Source: an uncultured Alphaproteobacteria bacterium
GTDB lineage: Bacteria; Pseudomonadota; Alphaproteobacteria; GCA-002720895
Assembly: GCA_964396035.1 (NCBI GenBank)
Contig: CAYNCC010000001.1
Span: forward strand, 1 to 49,165
DNA: 49,165 bases
Direction of reading: 5' to 3'
Below, in pieces: positions 8,641 to 18,448 of the stretch. Position numbers and translations under genes: made by a program. The notes beneath the pieces are model-generated. The model was not told the DNA's origin. It worked only from the letters and a program-made list of their open reading frames with translations, and ran no database searches. The stretch's first letter is position 1, and each line of letters begins with the position of its first letter.

Positions 8641-10284
8641 ATGTACATTAAATTACCATTAATTTGTTTATTAATATTAATTCTATTAACTACTTCATGT
8701 GATGATTTTTACAATTTTGAAGCAAATAAACTTAATAAAAAAGTAGAAGAATTAATAAAAGAATCTGAGAATGTAAAAACTGTAGATGAAAAAATAATTC
8801 TTCTAGCAAATGCTATAGAAAAACTAAATAAAATACAACAGAAATATCCAAAGACAAAAGCTGCTAGAAATTTAAGAAAAAATAAAAAAATAGATGAATT
8901 AAATTTAAAAAAAAATAATTTAGAAAAATTATCTTCTATAGATAAAAAAGAGAAGAAGAAAACAATAACAATAGAAAAACTTAGAAACTTAATTGATTCA
9001 TCAAATTTAGAATTTAAAAATAAAAATTTTATTTTAAGCACTCAAAAACTTATAGAAGCAGCTGAATTATCTATACATGAATTAAAAGATAATAGATCTA
9101 AAGCAAGATTATTAAATAATATTAGTAGGATTAAGATTTCATTAAATGATAAAGAAGGTGCTTTAAAAAGCTTAAATATGTCTAAAGCTTTTCTAGATAA
9201 AACACATGTTGATTTGCCAAAAAAAATTAAGAATTTATCTCATATATATGAAATGTTAAGTGAATTAAATAATGAAAAGAAAGATGATGTAGAAAAAGAA
9301 ATATATAAAATTATTAATACGGAAATACAAAATAAAGATAATAAGGCAGTTGCATTATTAGAGGTTGTAAAAGCAAATGTAAATTTAAAAAATATTGAAA
9401 AAGTAAAAAAGGATATTGAAATAGCATCAAAATTTGCTGAAAAATCTAATGTATATTTAGAAATAGCAAAAATTTTTTATAGAATAAATAATTTACAACA
9501 GATAAAATTTTTCTTAGATAAAAGCAAAACTGCTGCAAAATCTAAAGATCAGGAATTCTGGATTGTAAGAGAATTAATCAATATAGCTGAATTTGAAAAT
9601 TCAATTCAAGAAAGTAGTGCTAGTAATAAAACTTTAATGGATGCAAAAGAATATGTACTTAAAAACTTAGATGAAAGAATATTCATTGAAATAATAAGTG
9701 CTTTTGCAAAAATAAATAATCTAGAACAAGCAAAAGAATTATTAAGTTTAATGAAACCTGGATATGAAAAGGCTATGGCAATGTCATTAGTTGCAAATGC
9801 ATTCGCAAATAAAAAAGATTCTTCTGTAATGGAATCTTTTGTAAATAATGCATTAAATACAGTTCCAGATTTAATTGGAGGAAAGTATGCTCTTGGATTA
9901 CCAGGTTTTTCAACAAAAGGGAAAATTTTTTTACATAGTGCTAGATCATATGCTTTAGCCGGAAACTTTGATAAAGCTCATAACCTTTTATCAAAAATAG
10001 AAAGTGATAGATTTTATAAAGAAGGAATAATTGATGTTTTATATTTACAAGCAAAAAGCAACAAGCCAGAAACAACTGATTTATCTATAAATATCTTAAA
10101 TCTAGGTGGAAAAATTATAGATAATAAATTTATTGGTGATATTGCTACTATATTGTCTATTAGTGGTGATATAGATAACTCTTTAAAAATAGTTAAAAAA
10201 ATGAAATTTAGCGTTGACCTAACACAAACTTTGATAAATCTTGCAAAAGAAATTAATCCTCAACAAGAAGATCCTTTAATTTAG
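8641..10284 (+). CDS. Hypothetical lipoprotein, helical-repeat (TPR-like) rich
   Basis: Lipobox LLTTSC. Long K/E/N-rich helical sequence with repeated A-x-x-x-L/A-K-type helix pairs. Confidence 0.5.
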   Translation: MYIKLPLICLLILILLTTSCDDFYNFEANKLNKKVEELIKESENVKTVDEKIILLANAIEKLNKIQQKYPKTKAARNLRKNKKIDELNLKKNNLEKLSSIDKKEKKKTITIEKLRNLIDSSNLEFKNKNFILSTQKLIEAAELSIHELKDNRSKARLLNNISRIKISLNDKEGALKSLNMSKAFLDKTHVDLPKKIKNLSHIYEMLSELNNEKKDDVEKEIYKIINTEIQNKDNKAVALLEVVKANVNLKNIEKVKKDIEIASKFAEKSNVYLEIAKIFYRINNLQQIKFFLDKSKTAAKSKDQEFWIVRELINIAEFENSIQESSASNKTLMDAKEYVLKNLDERIFIEIISAFAKINNLEQAKELLSLMKPGYEKAMAMSLVANAFANKKDSSVMESFVNNALNTVPDLIGGKYALGLPGFSTKGKIFLHSARSYALAGNFDKAHNLLSKIESDRFYKEGIIDVLYLQAKSNKPETTDLSINILNLGGKIIDNKFIGDIATILSISGDIDNSLKIVKKMKFSVDLTQTLINLAKEINPQQEDPLI

Positions 10285-11254
10285 TTTCAACAGTATTATA
10301 TTTTGATGATGATAACTTGTAGGACCAATTCTCTATATTTTCTACTAAAATATTATCTTCTTTTTCTAAATAATTAAAAGATTCCTCATCTACATTAAAA
10401 TTTATCCACTTTTCATTATCATCTTTGAAAACAATTGCATTTATAAATGTATTCTCAAAAAGCTCATATGTGATATTTGTAATAACATTATTTTCATAAT
10501 TTTTTTTTCTTATTGAAACATCTTCAAATGATAGATTTGATAAAAACTCCCCTAAAAAATTTGCTATCAAATCACTTTTTGGTAAATCGCCTTTAGATAG
10601 GTTTTTAATAATAAGATTCTCATTTTTGTCATCTTTTGATAATAACAAAATACTTTTATCGGAATGTTTTACTTTTATATTTTTAATTTTTTCATAATCA
10701 ACATTAAAAATATCTGATTCAAGCCAATCTATTTCATTAACAGACATTTTTAATATTCCTGAAGTAAGCCATGATTGCTTTTCGTCTAATTTCTTAATAT
10801 AAACTCCATTTTTCTTTGATTTACCGAGGATAAATTGTGATAAAATATTGTTTTCACCGATGTGTATAGATATTAGCTTTGAGTTTCCTTCTTCATCCTT
10901 AGGGTAATGTAAATCTAAACGAGAATATAAAAATTCCTCTTTGGTTTTTTTTTCAAAAAATCTTAATTGAGATACTTTTATAAGTTTTTTTTTGATAATT
11001 TCTTCATTGACTTTATAATTAAACTTACTCTCCATAACCCAGTCTGATTCATTTCTTTTTATAACTATTTTTTTTATACCATTATCAATATTTATCTTGT
11101 TAATATTGTTCAGTTGTTCATTTACGTTTTTAAAAACTAAGACTCCCTTGCTTATAGTAGTTTCAAATTTTGGTTGTATCAAATGTGAAACTAATGCAAG
11201 TAAAGATAATACAAAAGTAATAACGAACAAATATAAAAAAGATTTTTTTCCCAT
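10253..11254 (-). CDS. DUF4340-like protein, last gene of the GldG-type ABC system
   Basis: N-terminal anchor. It sits immediately downstream of the GldG-like gene, as is usual for DUF4340 partners. Confidence 0.5.
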   Translation of the reverse strand: MGKKSFLYLFVITFVLSLLALVSHLIQPKFETTISKGVLVFKNVNEQLNNINKINIDNGIKKIVIKRNESDWVMESKFNYKVNEEIIKKKLIKVSQLRFFEKKTKEEFLYSRLDLHYPKDEEGNSKLISIHIGENNILSQFILGKSKKNGVYIKKLDEKQSWLTSGILKMSVNEIDWLESDIFNVDYEKIKNIKVKHSDKSILLLSKDDKNENLIIKNLSKGDLPKSDLIANFLGEFLSNLSFEDVSIRKKNYENNVITNITYELFENTFINAIVFKDDNEKWINFNVDEESFNYLEKEDNILVENIENWSYKLSSSKYNTVETKLKDLLVED

Positions 11255-11257
11255 TTT

Positions 11258-13168
11258 TTATTCAGTTTCCTTAACTAGATATTTTTCATGTCTCTTTCTT
11301 TTTTTCATGATTCCTAAAATAATTGAGACAATAATTAATACAATTGGAACTAAAAATATGTTAAAAAATTTTAACCTACTATCTAATTTTTGAATATCTA
11401 TTCTTAGAGCATTTTGTACCTTTCTTAGTTCTGATCTAACTCTAATCATTTCAGATCTAAACTTTTCTATCTCTATTTTTTCATCGTCACTAATAATATT
11501 CTCTTCTTCATTCTTGCCAGTTTGTATATTTTCAAGTTTTTTTTGATATTCATTTAATTTCTCAAGAAGTTCTTGTTCTTTAGATCTAAACTTTTGCTCT
11601 GCTTTTTTTTGTATTTCTTCAACTTTAGTAAATGTGGTTGAAGAGCCACCTTTCCCTCTTAGGCCAATTAAATCTTCTGTTCCATTTAAATATTCTAATA
11701 AATTTACAGTAAAATCAGCATTATTTGCAATTGGAAGCGCTCCAGTTTGTTCATATCTGATCCAATACTCATCATAAAGCATATCTACGTCAGAAATAAT
11801 TATTAATGATGATTGTTTACTAGATTTATTTAAATGTTTATCTAATTCAAAATTGTCTCTATCAGTTGTTGGTGGACCATCGCTAAAATTTGAATTAAAA
11901 TTACCTTTTATTTCAGCAACCAAAGTAAATTCTTCATTAGAAGGTAAAAAATTCCTTAATAAAGATGTTGGGTCAGGAGCAAACCTTACATCACTAGAAT
12001 CAATTTCCATTGATTGTTTAGAAGTCCAAACAAGTCTTTTAAATTCATTTGAAGTTTTATTATTATTTTTTAATATACCTGCAGTAGCAAAAGTAAGCCT
12101 TTGCACTTTTGAAGTTGCTTGATGATTTTGGTCAATATTACTACTTTTAATATCAAGCCAAGCAATATAATCAGTAACAGAAGGCTGTTCTTGACTACCT
12201 ATTTCAACTCTTCTTGCAGATAAAAGATCTCCAACAACTTTATCTTCAACTACTTCCACACCCCATGTATCTAGTAGTTCTTTAAATGATGATGAATTAG
12301 ACTCATTATCAGATTGATTTGTGCGATTTGATGAGAATTTCTCTGTCTCAGCATTTGGATCAATAAAAATTAATAATTTACCACCACGCATAACAAATTG
12401 GTCAAGCATATATAAAAGTCTTTCAGGTAAATTTTTAGGATGAAGTACAGCTATTAATTCTAAATCATCTGGTATTTTCTTTGTTTTTTCATGAATTCTT
12501 TTTATTTCAAAAAATTCTTCCATTTGATTGTAAACTGCCCAAGGTGGCATTGTAGCTGCATCTTGACTTTGTGCTAATGGATTGAAAGTTCCTTTTATTG
12601 GAAGACTAGTATACATACCTATAACTCTTCTATTAGGATTTGCTAGGTTAGAAACTATTTTACTAAGATCGTATTCTAGAAAAGAATCTCTTTCTAATTG
12701 AAAAAAAATTATTTTTTCTTCATCATCTGTACTGTTAGTTGCAACTAAACCAAAATAACCATATACGCCTGCCATTATTTCGACACCTTGTAAGCCATAT
12801 TCAACTGCTTTATCTTCTTCATTAGAGAATGGTTCTGGATTGAAAATTTGTAATTTAATCTTATTATTTGATAAAATTACATATTGCTCCAACAACTCTT
12901 TCACTCTGCTGTAATAGTTTTGATATACTGGATTAGCATCTCCTATTTGTTTTGTATAAAAGAGTTTAAAATCTAATGGTTCATTTATTGATTTAAGAAC
13001 TGATTTAGTTCCATCAGATAAGGTATATACTTCATCTTTTGTTAAATCAAATCTAATATTTTTAAAGAAATTTTTGTTTAAAACATTAAATGATAAAAAA
13101 CTTATAATTGCTAAAATAACAATTAAGGATAATTTTCTTTCTTTATATAAAAGTTTTTTAAAAAACAT
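11258..13168 (-). CDS. GldG-like auxiliary component of an ABC-type uncharacterized transport system
   Basis: 636 aa with N- and C-terminal TM anchors, a large periplasmic domain and a C-terminal coiled coil. It follows an ABC-2 permease and ATPase. Confidence 0.65.
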   Translation of the reverse strand: MFFKKLLYKERKLSLIVILAIISFLSFNVLNKNFFKNIRFDLTKDEVYTLSDGTKSVLKSINEPLDFKLFYTKQIGDANPVYQNYYSRVKELLEQYVILSNNKIKLQIFNPEPFSNEEDKAVEYGLQGVEIMAGVYGYFGLVATNSTDDEEKIIFFQLERDSFLEYDLSKIVSNLANPNRRVIGMYTSLPIKGTFNPLAQSQDAATMPPWAVYNQMEEFFEIKRIHEKTKKIPDDLELIAVLHPKNLPERLLYMLDQFVMRGGKLLIFIDPNAETEKFSSNRTNQSDNESNSSSFKELLDTWGVEVVEDKVVGDLLSARRVEIGSQEQPSVTDYIAWLDIKSSNIDQNHQATSKVQRLTFATAGILKNNNKTSNEFKRLVWTSKQSMEIDSSDVRFAPDPTSLLRNFLPSNEEFTLVAEIKGNFNSNFSDGPPTTDRDNFELDKHLNKSSKQSSLIIISDVDMLYDEYWIRYEQTGALPIANNADFTVNLLEYLNGTEDLIGLRGKGGSSTTFTKVEEIQKKAEQKFRSKEQELLEKLNEYQKKLENIQTGKNEEENIISDDEKIEIEKFRSEMIRVRSELRKVQNALRIDIQKLDSRLKFFNIFLVPIVLIIVSIILGIMKKRKRHEKYLVKETE

Positions 13169-13170
13169 TT

Positions 13171-13905
13171 TTAATCAAATTTTTTGTATTCAACAATAAT
13201 AATATTTAGAAAAAGCCAAAAAAATATAACACTTAAATAAAATAAAAAATCTCGTATTTCAATAACTCCCTTAGTAATTGATTCAAAGTGAGTTAAAAAA
13301 CTCATTGAAGAAATTGTATTAACCAAAATTTCAGGAGCCCATAACTTAAAAAAATTTAATACCAAATCTACGCCCATCATAGTAAATAAAAAACAAACAG
13401 TTGTGCTTATTACAAATGCTATGACTTGGTTTTTTGTTATTGCAGAGATACAAGAACCAATTGATAAATAGGCTCCTGCCATAAATAAACTTCCTACATA
13501 TCCAGCAAATATAATTCCGTTATCTGGATTTCCTAAATAATTAACTGTTATCCAAATCGGAAATGTCAAAATTAAAGCAACAAAAATAAAAAACCATGCA
13601 GCAAAAAATTTACCTAGAACAGCATGCGTTGTAGTTAAAGGCAATGTCATTAGTAATTCGATCGTTCCTGTTTTTCTTTCTTCAGCCCACAAACGCATAG
13701 TAACAGCTGGTATTAATAAAATATAAACCCAAGGATGAAAAGCAAAGAATGAATTTAAATCTGCTTGGCCTCGTACAAAAAAATTACCTAGATAAAATGT
13801 AAACGAACCTATTAGTGCCAAAAAAATAACAATAAATACATACGCAAGTGGTGTTGAAAAATAACTTAAAAGCTCTCTTTTAAAAATGTTTATTAGTAAA
13901 TTCAT
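13171..13905 (-). CDS. ABC-2 type transporter permease (GldF-like)
   Basis: Six predicted TM helices; position between the ATPase and the GldG-like gene. Confidence 0.7.
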   Translation of the reverse strand: MNLLINIFKRELLSYFSTPLAYVFIVIFLALIGSFTFYLGNFFVRGQADLNSFFAFHPWVYILLIPAVTMRLWAEERKTGTIELLMTLPLTTTHAVLGKFFAAWFFIFVALILTFPIWITVNYLGNPDNGIIFAGYVGSLFMAGAYLSIGSCISAITKNQVIAFVISTTVCFLFTMMGVDLVLNFFKLWAPEILVNTISSMSFLTHFESITKGVIEIRDFLFYLSVIFFWLFLNIIIVEYKKFD

Positions 13906-13912
13906 AATATTA

Positions 13913-14638
13913 TTAAATTCTTTTCTTTCCTAATGTGATTTCTCTAAAAATATTATCTAAGTTCTTGTTTTTACTATGTTTTATTAGATCTTTTGGCTTT
14001 TTATCAATTAGTAATCTTCCTTTGGCTATAATTGTTGCACGAGTGCATACAGCATTTACTTCCTCAAGAATATGTGTTGAAATTATGATTGCTTTTGTTT
14101 TTCCCATTTCGTTAATCAATTTTCTAACATGATGCTTTTGATTTGGATCTAATCCGTCAGTTGGTTCGTCTAATACTAAAATTTCTGGATTATGAATAAG
14201 AGCTTGAGCCAAGCCTACTCTTCTTTTATAACCTTTTGACAAAGTTTCTATAGGTTGGTTAATAACATCAGCAATTTGAGTTTTGTGAACAACACTATCA
14301 AAAGCTATATTAAATTCTTTATTATTCATACCTCTTATAGATGAAATAAATTTAAGCATATTCTTAGGAGTCATATCGCCATATAAAGGTGCTCCTTCAG
14401 GCAAATAACCTATTAATTTTTTACAATCAATAGGATTTAATTCTAAATTCATATTGTTTATTTTTATAATTCCATTTGAAGGTTGAATAAAACCTGTAAT
14501 CATTTTCATTGTTGTAGATTTTCCTGCACCGTTTGGTCCTAAAAAACCAAGCACCTCTCCTTTTTTTATATTTAAAAAAAGATTATCTACAGCAGTAAAA
14601 TCTCCAAATTTTTTTGTTAAATTCTCAATCTCAATCAT
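13913..14638 (-). CDS. ABC transporter ATP-binding protein (GldA-like)
   Basis: Walker A GPNGAGKST, signature LSKGYKRR, Walker B ILVLDEPT. Confidence 0.9.
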   Translation of the reverse strand: MIEIENLTKKFGDFTAVDNLFLNIKKGEVLGFLGPNGAGKSTTMKMITGFIQPSNGIIKINNMNLELNPIDCKKLIGYLPEGAPLYGDMTPKNMLKFISSIRGMNNKEFNIAFDSVVHKTQIADVINQPIETLSKGYKRRVGLAQALIHNPEILVLDEPTDGLDPNQKHHVRKLINEMGKTKAIIISTHILEEVNAVCTRATIIAKGRLLIDKKPKDLIKHSKNKNLDNIFREITLGKKRI

Positions 14639-14706
14639 TTTTAATTAATAAAAAAATTCATATTAAAATAATAAATTATTAAAAAAATTAAACTAATCAA
14701 ATTTAT

Positions 14707-15081
14707 TTAGTAAGCCATTGAAGGTACGATTGGTTGTTTTTTTTTTGAATAATTAGTCTTTATATTACTTAAATTCTTATATTTAATTACTTTTATTTGG
14801 TTTTTATTAGAATTATATATAACTTGGCGTTGACCTTTCTTTATTTCTTTACATATAGCTTGTAATTTTAATGTTCTGGCCATAGAACAATCTCTGTTAA
14901 AAACATAAGAAATGAAATGATCAGATGTAGTTTTTTTAGTACTTGCATAACTAACTATATCAGCTCCTGTTTTAGAATAATTAAAGAACTCTACTAATCC
15001 TTGGGTTGTAAAACTACAATTATTCAAATTAAAGAAAATTAATAATATAAATATATGCTTAAAGGTTTTCATTTTTTTCAT
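14707..15081 (-). CDS. Hypothetical lipoprotein
   Basis: Signal peptide with lipobox-like LNNCS. No other motif. Confidence 0.4.
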   Translation of the reverse strand: MKKMKTFKHIFILLIFFNLNNCSFTTQGLVEFFNYSKTGADIVSYASTKKTTSDHFISYVFNRDCSMARTLKLQAICKEIKKGQRQVIYNSNKNQIKVIKYKNLSNIKTNYSKKKQPIVPSMAY

Positions 15082-15365
15082 TAGTTTATTTCTATAACAT
15101 TAATTCTTTTATTAGTATTTAAATCATAGATTATAATACTGTATTTACTATTTGATTTAATAGTTAATATTAGTTTTTCATTAGATATATTTGCATTTAT
15201 TACTTCTGATAAACTATCTAAATTTAGATTATTTAATTTATAGCTATTATCGTAATTAAAAATTTTTTTTGAATTAAATCTTTCGTATACAATATATATA
15301 ATTACTGCTGTTCCTAAAAAAATTAAGATGCCAAATGATATAACTATAAATTTCAAATACTTCAT
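15081..15365 (-). CDS. Hypothetical single-pass membrane protein
   Basis: N-terminal TM helix. Tightly coupled to the downstream ORF by a 1-nt overlap. Confidence 0.4.
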   Translation of the reverse strand: MKYLKFIVISFGILIFLGTAVIIYIVYERFNSKKIFNYDNSYKLNNLNLDSLSEVINANISNEKLILTIKSNSKYSIIIYDLNTNKRINVIEIN

Positions 15366-15388
15366 TTTTAAATTCTTTAAATTAAATT

Positions 15389-16126
15389 ATGACCTATAAA
15401 AATATAAAAATTTTACATGAAGATAAAGACATAATTGTTCTAAATAAACCGGCAGGATTAACAGTGCACCCTGGGGCTGGTAAAGAAAAAATAACTCTTG
15501 TTAATTTTTTACAAAGTTATTGTGGTAAAAATTTATCAAATTTATCTGGATTAGATAGACCAGGTATAGTTCATAGACTTGATAAAGACACTAGTGGCTT
15601 AATGTTAGTTGCAAAGAATAATATAACACATGAAAACATTTCCCAACAATTTAAGAAAAAAACAATAAATAGGCTTTATTTAGCTATTGTTTGGGGATTA
15701 TTAAACAAGAAAGAAGGTAAATATATCTCAAATATAGGCAGAAATCCAAAAAATAGAAAAAAGTTCTCTATTACAAAAAATAGTGGAAAAAAAGCTATTA
15801 CATATTTTACTGTTAAAAAAAACTTTTCAAATATTGCTTCTTTAATTGAATGCAAACTTCATACAGGTAGAACACATCAAATAAGAGTCCATTTATCAAG
15901 TTCAGGAAACTCTTTGATAGGGGATCAAAAATATGGTAAGAAAAAAATTAAATTTTTAAAAAATGTGGATAAAAGTATAAAAGAGTGCCTAATAAATTTT
16001 AAAAGACAGGCCCTTCATGCCTATTTTTTAGGCTTCATTCATCCGACAAAAAATAATTATATTAAATTCAGTAGTAATTTTCCTAGTGATATCAATAAGT
16101 TAATAGATAAATTAAAATTAGTTTAA
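15389..16126 (+). CDS. RluA/RluD-family pseudouridine synthase (no S4 domain)
   Basis: HRLDKDTSGL catalytic motif, LNKPAGL, GRTHQIRVH. The rluD-rpoH adjacency is common in Alphaproteobacteria. Confidence 0.85.
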   Translation: MTYKNIKILHEDKDIIVLNKPAGLTVHPGAGKEKITLVNFLQSYCGKNLSNLSGLDRPGIVHRLDKDTSGLMLVAKNNITHENISQQFKKKTINRLYLAIVWGLLNKKEGKYISNIGRNPKNRKKFSITKNSGKKAITYFTVKKNFSNIASLIECKLHTGRTHQIRVHLSSSGNSLIGDQKYGKKKIKFLKNVDKSIKECLINFKRQALHAYFLGFIHPTKNNYIKFSSNFPSDINKLIDKLKLV

Positions 16127-16174
16127 AAGCTTGATTTTTTCATAAAATTATGAGAAACTGTGGATAAGTTTGAT

Positions 16175-16215
16175 ATCTGATAATTTATAATAGAATCATT
16201 ATATAAGTATCAGAT
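16175..16215 (+). promoter_or_regulatory. Inverted repeat in the rpoH upstream/leader region
   Basis: ATCTGATA (16175-16182) and TATCAGAT (16208-16215) are perfect 8-bp complements flanking an AT-rich spacer, 28 nt upstream of the rpoH ATG. Confidence 0.3.
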
Positions 16216-16242
16216 TCAAATGTATTTTTTAGGATTTAAACT

Positions 16243-17154
16243 ATGACAGCAATATTCAGAGGTTTGCCAAGAATATTTTCAGATGATGGATTAAATAAAT
16301 ATTTACAAGAAATAAGAAAATATCCATTACTTGAGCCTGAATACGAGCAAGCATTAGCTAAAAAATGGCAAAATAAAAAAGATTTAAAAGCAGCTCATAT
16401 TTTAGTTACTAGTCACCTAAGACTAGTTGCAAAAATTGCTATGGGTTTTAAAGGTTACGGGCTACCTATCTCTGAACTGATTGCAGAAGGTAATATTGGG
16501 ATGCTTGAATCTATAAAAAGATTTGATTATAAAAGAGGTTTTAGATTAGCAACCTATGCGATGTGGTGGATAAGAGCATCTATTCAAGAATATATACTTC
16601 ATAGTTGGTCTCTTGTAAAAATGGGCACAACAGCTGCACAAAAAAAACTTTTTTTCAACTTAAGAAAAATGAAAACAAGCTTAAAAGCTTATGAAGAAGG
16701 CGATATGCTACCAGAAAATGTAAATAAAATATCAAAAAATTTAAATGTAACTAAGAAAGAAGTTACAGATATGAATAGAAGACTTTCTGGTCCTGATCAT
16801 TCTTTAAACGCACCTTTAAAAATAGACGGTGAAGGTGAATGGCAAGATTGGTTAGTTGATGAAAAACCTGACCAAGAAGTTTTAATTTCTAATTCACAAG
16901 AATTAATGCAGAGAAAAGACCTGCTTACTAAAGCTATAAGCGTTCTAACTCCTAGAGAGAAATTTATAATGATTGAAAGAAGATTAAAAGATAAACCAAA
17001 AACATTAGAGGATTTGAGTAATCATTATAAAATATCAAGAGAAAGAGTAAGACAAATCGAAGTTAGAGCATTTGATAAACTAAAAAAATCAGTCAAAAAT
17101 TTATTAGTTAAGGAAAATCTCGAAAGAGAAGAAGCTTCTGAATACACTGTTTAA
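16243..17154 (+). CDS. rpoH: RNA polymerase sigma-32 heat-shock factor
   Basis: Sigma-70 regions 2-4 plus the RpoH box (AAQKKLFFNLRKMK). Confidence 0.9.
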   Translation: MTAIFRGLPRIFSDDGLNKYLQEIRKYPLLEPEYEQALAKKWQNKKDLKAAHILVTSHLRLVAKIAMGFKGYGLPISELIAEGNIGMLESIKRFDYKRGFRLATYAMWWIRASIQEYILHSWSLVKMGTTAAQKKLFFNLRKMKTSLKAYEEGDMLPENVNKISKNLNVTKKEVTDMNRRLSGPDHSLNAPLKIDGEGEWQDWLVDEKPDQEVLISNSQELMQRKDLLTKAISVLTPREKFIMIERRLKDKPKTLEDLSNHYKISRERVRQIEVRAFDKLKKSVKNLLVKENLEREEASEYTV

Positions 17155-17155
17155 T

Positions 17156-18436
17156 TTAAATTTTTTTTAAATAAATTATATCATTTCTATCAGGCCCAGT
17201 TGACAAAATTTTTATAGGTACTTTAATCATTCTTTCTAAAGTCTTAATAAATTTTTTTGCTTGCTTTGGTAAATCATTCACATTTTTTACACCTTGGGTA
17301 TTAGATTGCCATCCTTTAATAGTTAAATATTTTGGTTTAACTTTGTTTAATAATGAAAGTGAATTTGGCATTCCTTTTAAAAGCCTTTTACCAATTTGAT
17401 ATGCATAACAAATATTAATTTCTTTAAAATCATCTAAAACATCAATTTTTGTTAATGCTATAGAATTAATATTTCCTATATTAATAGCTTTTTTACATTG
17501 TACACAATCAAACCAACCGCATCGCCTTGGTCGTCCTGTTACACTCCCAAACTCTCTCCCTTTTTTTGCAAGTTCAATGCCTACACGAGATTTAATTTCA
17601 GAAGGAAAAGGTCCTTCACCTACTCTTGTAGTATACGCTTTAACAATACCTAACACATGGCCAATTTTATCTGGATTCATACCTATGCTTGATGCTGCTA
17701 TAATAGGTAAAGTATTACTTGATGTTACATAAGGAAAAGTGCCATGATCAATATCAAGCATCAATCCTTGACCACCTTAAAATAATATTATTTTTTTAAA
17801 AAAATTCTTGTTATTAAAAAATTGCGATAAGTCTATAGAATAAGATAAAAGTCTTCTTCTTATTGATTTTAAAAATTTAAAAGTCTCAGAAAATGAAATA
17901 TTTTTTTTTGAAGAATTTCTTAAAAAAATATTATGAAAATTAATTAAATTTTTTAATCTAATTTTTAATGTATTTAAATCTTCTAAATCGCAAATTCTTA
18001 TACCTCTTCTTGCAACTTTATCCTCATAACAAGGTCCTATACCTCTGCCGGTTGTTCCTATCTTTTCTTTTGATAAAATCTTTTCTCTAATCTGATCAAC
18101 GATAGGGTGAAAAGGTAAAATTACTGAAGCGTTGTTGGCAATTTTTAAATTTTTATTACTAATATTAATTTTTTTTTTCCTAAACAAACTAATTTCTTTA
18201 AACAAATGCATTGGATCAATTACTACATTTGATCCTATAATACAAAGTTTGTTTCTTATTAATCCGGAAGGTAAAATACTTAAAATAAATTTCTTTTTAT
18301 TAATTATAATCGTATGTCCTGCATTGTGACCTCCTTGAAATCTAATAACAACATCAAATTTTTCGGACAAATGATCTACAATCTTTCCTTTTCCTTCGTC
18401 TCCCCACTGAGCGCCAACAATTGTTAAATTATTCAT
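17156..18436 (-). pseudogene. purA: Adenylosuccinate synthase interrupted by a single in-frame TAA
   Basis: ORFs 17777..18436 (GAQWGDEGKGK, GGHNAGHT, GTTGRGIGP) and 17156..17764 (LDIDHGTFPYVTSSNT) are in the same frame. The sequence reads ILF-TAA-GGQGLMLDIDHG against the canonical FEGAQGTLLDIDHG. Confidence 0.85.
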
Positions 18437-18448
18437 CTTATATATTCT

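Noticed and set aside
8709-9041. Other short antisense ORFs in the track (959..1207, 1483..1695, 2654..2875, 3784..4020, 5322..5507, 5957..6169, 7684..7890, 8414..8620, 8709..9041, 11097..11393, 11853..12122, 13935..14132, 18132..18329, 18804..19127, 20988..21194, 29873..30055, 32803..32991, 36269..36466, 39521..39715, 43905..44105)
   Set aside because: Each is nested in, or overlaps, a longer motif-supported gene on the other strand or in another frame. Their F/L/I/K-rich sequences are what translating AT-rich antisense DNA produces.
17156-18436. purA, folP and thiE read as pairs of separate genes or as frameshifted genes
   Set aside because: In each case the two ORF-track pieces are in the same reading frame. 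The distances between the stop and the downstream start are multiples of three: 15, 78 and 42 nt. The bridging codons encode conserved family motifs, so each is one gene with one stop codon and not a frameshift.
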